This document shows positions 62,290 to 64,000 of a stretch of DNA of 64,000 bases, piece after piece. The position numbers and the translations under genes were made by a program. The stretch covers positions 8,060,001 through 8,124,000 of the forward strand of contig NW_025963802.1 of assembly GCF_023055435.1 (NCBI RefSeq), in the 5' to 3' direction. Below the pieces are notes generated by a model. That model was not told the DNA's origin, made no database searches, and saw nothing but the letters and a program-made list of their open reading frames with translations. This DNA comes from Haliotis rufescens. Lineage: Eukaryota. Each line of letters opens with the position of its first letter. Within the stretch, counting starts at the first letter, position 1.

Positions 62290-64000
62290 TATACATGATG
62301 AATCTATTATTGGGAACCTATTGCTACCATCAAATAATAAATTCATGACACCGAGTAGTTATAAAATATGTATTGAACCTTTCCCCTGTGGCTATCTGTT
62401 CTTGTATTTTTGCATTTTTCATCTCCTCATCCAGAGCCTTTATCGTAACTTTGTGTTGTAAGGTTCTTCCCTCTACTCACTCATTCCCCATCCCACCCCC
62501 GTGACATTGTAAATGCCCCACCCTCACCCCTCAACCACATATACCCCTCCACCACATATATTTCTATTTATATTGTTTTGTGATTTTGTGTATTGGTATT
62601 GACCCCAACAGCTGAGTTTGATCGCAAACAAATGTAGTGGTAATACTGTTATGTAAATGGCTAGTCATTTAACACTGATATATAACCAAACACTGTTCAA
62701 AGGCAGTCCCAAGACCACGCCAACTCACTCAAACGATTAGGCTGAATCATAAACTTCAGCAAAATTTAATAATCAGGAATCTTTCAAACTGATGAAAAGC
62801 CTGAAAATGAACATTATATAATTAAATATATCATATAAGTCACCAATTTTCGAATTGTCACAAAGTACCTTTGGTCAAGGCCTGAATTAACCACCATGGT
62901 ATGGTTACGTTTATGGTTTCGATTATTGCTACAGTGAAATCGCTTCACAACCTTATCACAGCTCATGAAAAAGTCATTATATTATCTGGTGATATAGCTT
63001 CTATTAAACTCGAACCCTGTCTCTTTTGTTTGGCTGTACAATTTAATTGTCCAAACATTTTACTCATGACAATTGTGATACATTTAATAACACTTAAATA
63101 GAAGCGACAAAAGCCTGTCTATTACTACAAGAAATTGTACGATTCCGACTTTCCTCTGCACTTGCCGTGTGACAAGGTCAAGCCATTTGAACACCTTCTG
63201 TTAATAGCAATGGAAATAGAATCACTTTGATAGTGATTCATAAAACACATGCTCATGTTATAGTCGGAATCGTGCTTTCTATTGGATACGGAAATGGTTG
63301 TGTCGCTTTATTTGTATAAACACAGTTAAGAGTGTATTTACAATTACACTACTTTGATTGTAATTTGAAATTGTCTGGCATCTCATGGCTGCGATTATAA
63401 ATTTGTCATTGACCTTTTGTTTCAAACTTGTGCTGTGTTAGGGATGTGTTTGGGAAGTCATGTCCTGAAACTAAAAGTTCATATGACATGTTTTGGGGGG
63501 AGCTAGAGATATGGGACTACATTAGACAACAAATATAAAAATGAATAAAGAACAGCTGTTACCTTATTTTGTAAAGTCAAACGGGTTTATTTTTCTGATG
63601 GCATTCAGGAAAAAATTGTGATGGGTTTGCTTCTGGTTTTGCATAAAATGCAAACACCTTAAAGTGAGTAAGTTTGTTTTATTTGGGCTGTAAACACCTT
63701 TCGGGTTATTATTTATTGATTGATTGATTGTTTAACGCCGCACTCAGCAATTTTCTAGCTATATGACGGCGGTCTGTAAATAATCGAGTCTGGACCAGAC
63801 AATCCAAGGATTGATATCATGAGCATCCATCCATGCAATTGGGATACGATGACATTTCAAGTTATTAAATTTGTATTATATGGGCAGTAACCTTTCCAGA
63901 TAACCTTTTTGAATGTTACTGACAACATGTTTCACACTGTTCACAGTGTTTGTTTATATGATTTTGACTTTAACTTGTGAACTTAAATATTTTATGCATG

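Noticed and set aside
52257-63275. Inverted match between about 52257-52320 and 63220-63275
   Set aside because: Short, diverged and 11 kb apart with host exons between; most likely two copies of a dispersed repeat rather than TIRs of one element.

Overview
AT-rich, intron-containing animal DNA. The SINE families, protostome-type Toll-like receptor and repeat landscape suggest a mollusc, possibly an abalone-like gastropod (inference, not verified). Host genes, in order: the 3' four exons of a divergent Arf/Arl-family small GTPase (+); a single-exon multiple-cysteine-cluster Toll-like receptor (+); a GT10 alpha-1,3-fucosyltransferase (+); a six-coding-exon LYAR gene (-); and, head-to-head with LYAR, a PARP14-like RRM/KH/macrodomain gene (+) of which 11 exons can be assembled in phase before it runs off the window. 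The most striking object is in PARP14-like intron 1: a 6.66-kb DNA transposon (39668-46328) with inverted termini and AT flanks. It carries two convergent spliced genes, a THAP-HTH-DDE (Harbinger/ISL2EU-type) transposase and a SWIM-zinc-finger/YqaJ lambda-exonuclease. Both start about 90 bp inside their own end, behind a shared ~22-bp box, and each carries one visible inactivating lesion. The rest is dense with three tail-sharing SINE-like families, a 5S-derived SINE, TTAA-flanked Kolobok-type non-autonomous elements, Tc1, LINE and Penelope remnants, two minisatellites, a decayed duplicate of part of LYAR exon 5, and a possible decayed Mab-21/cGAS-like gene next to the TLR. All calls were made by eye; no database searches were run.
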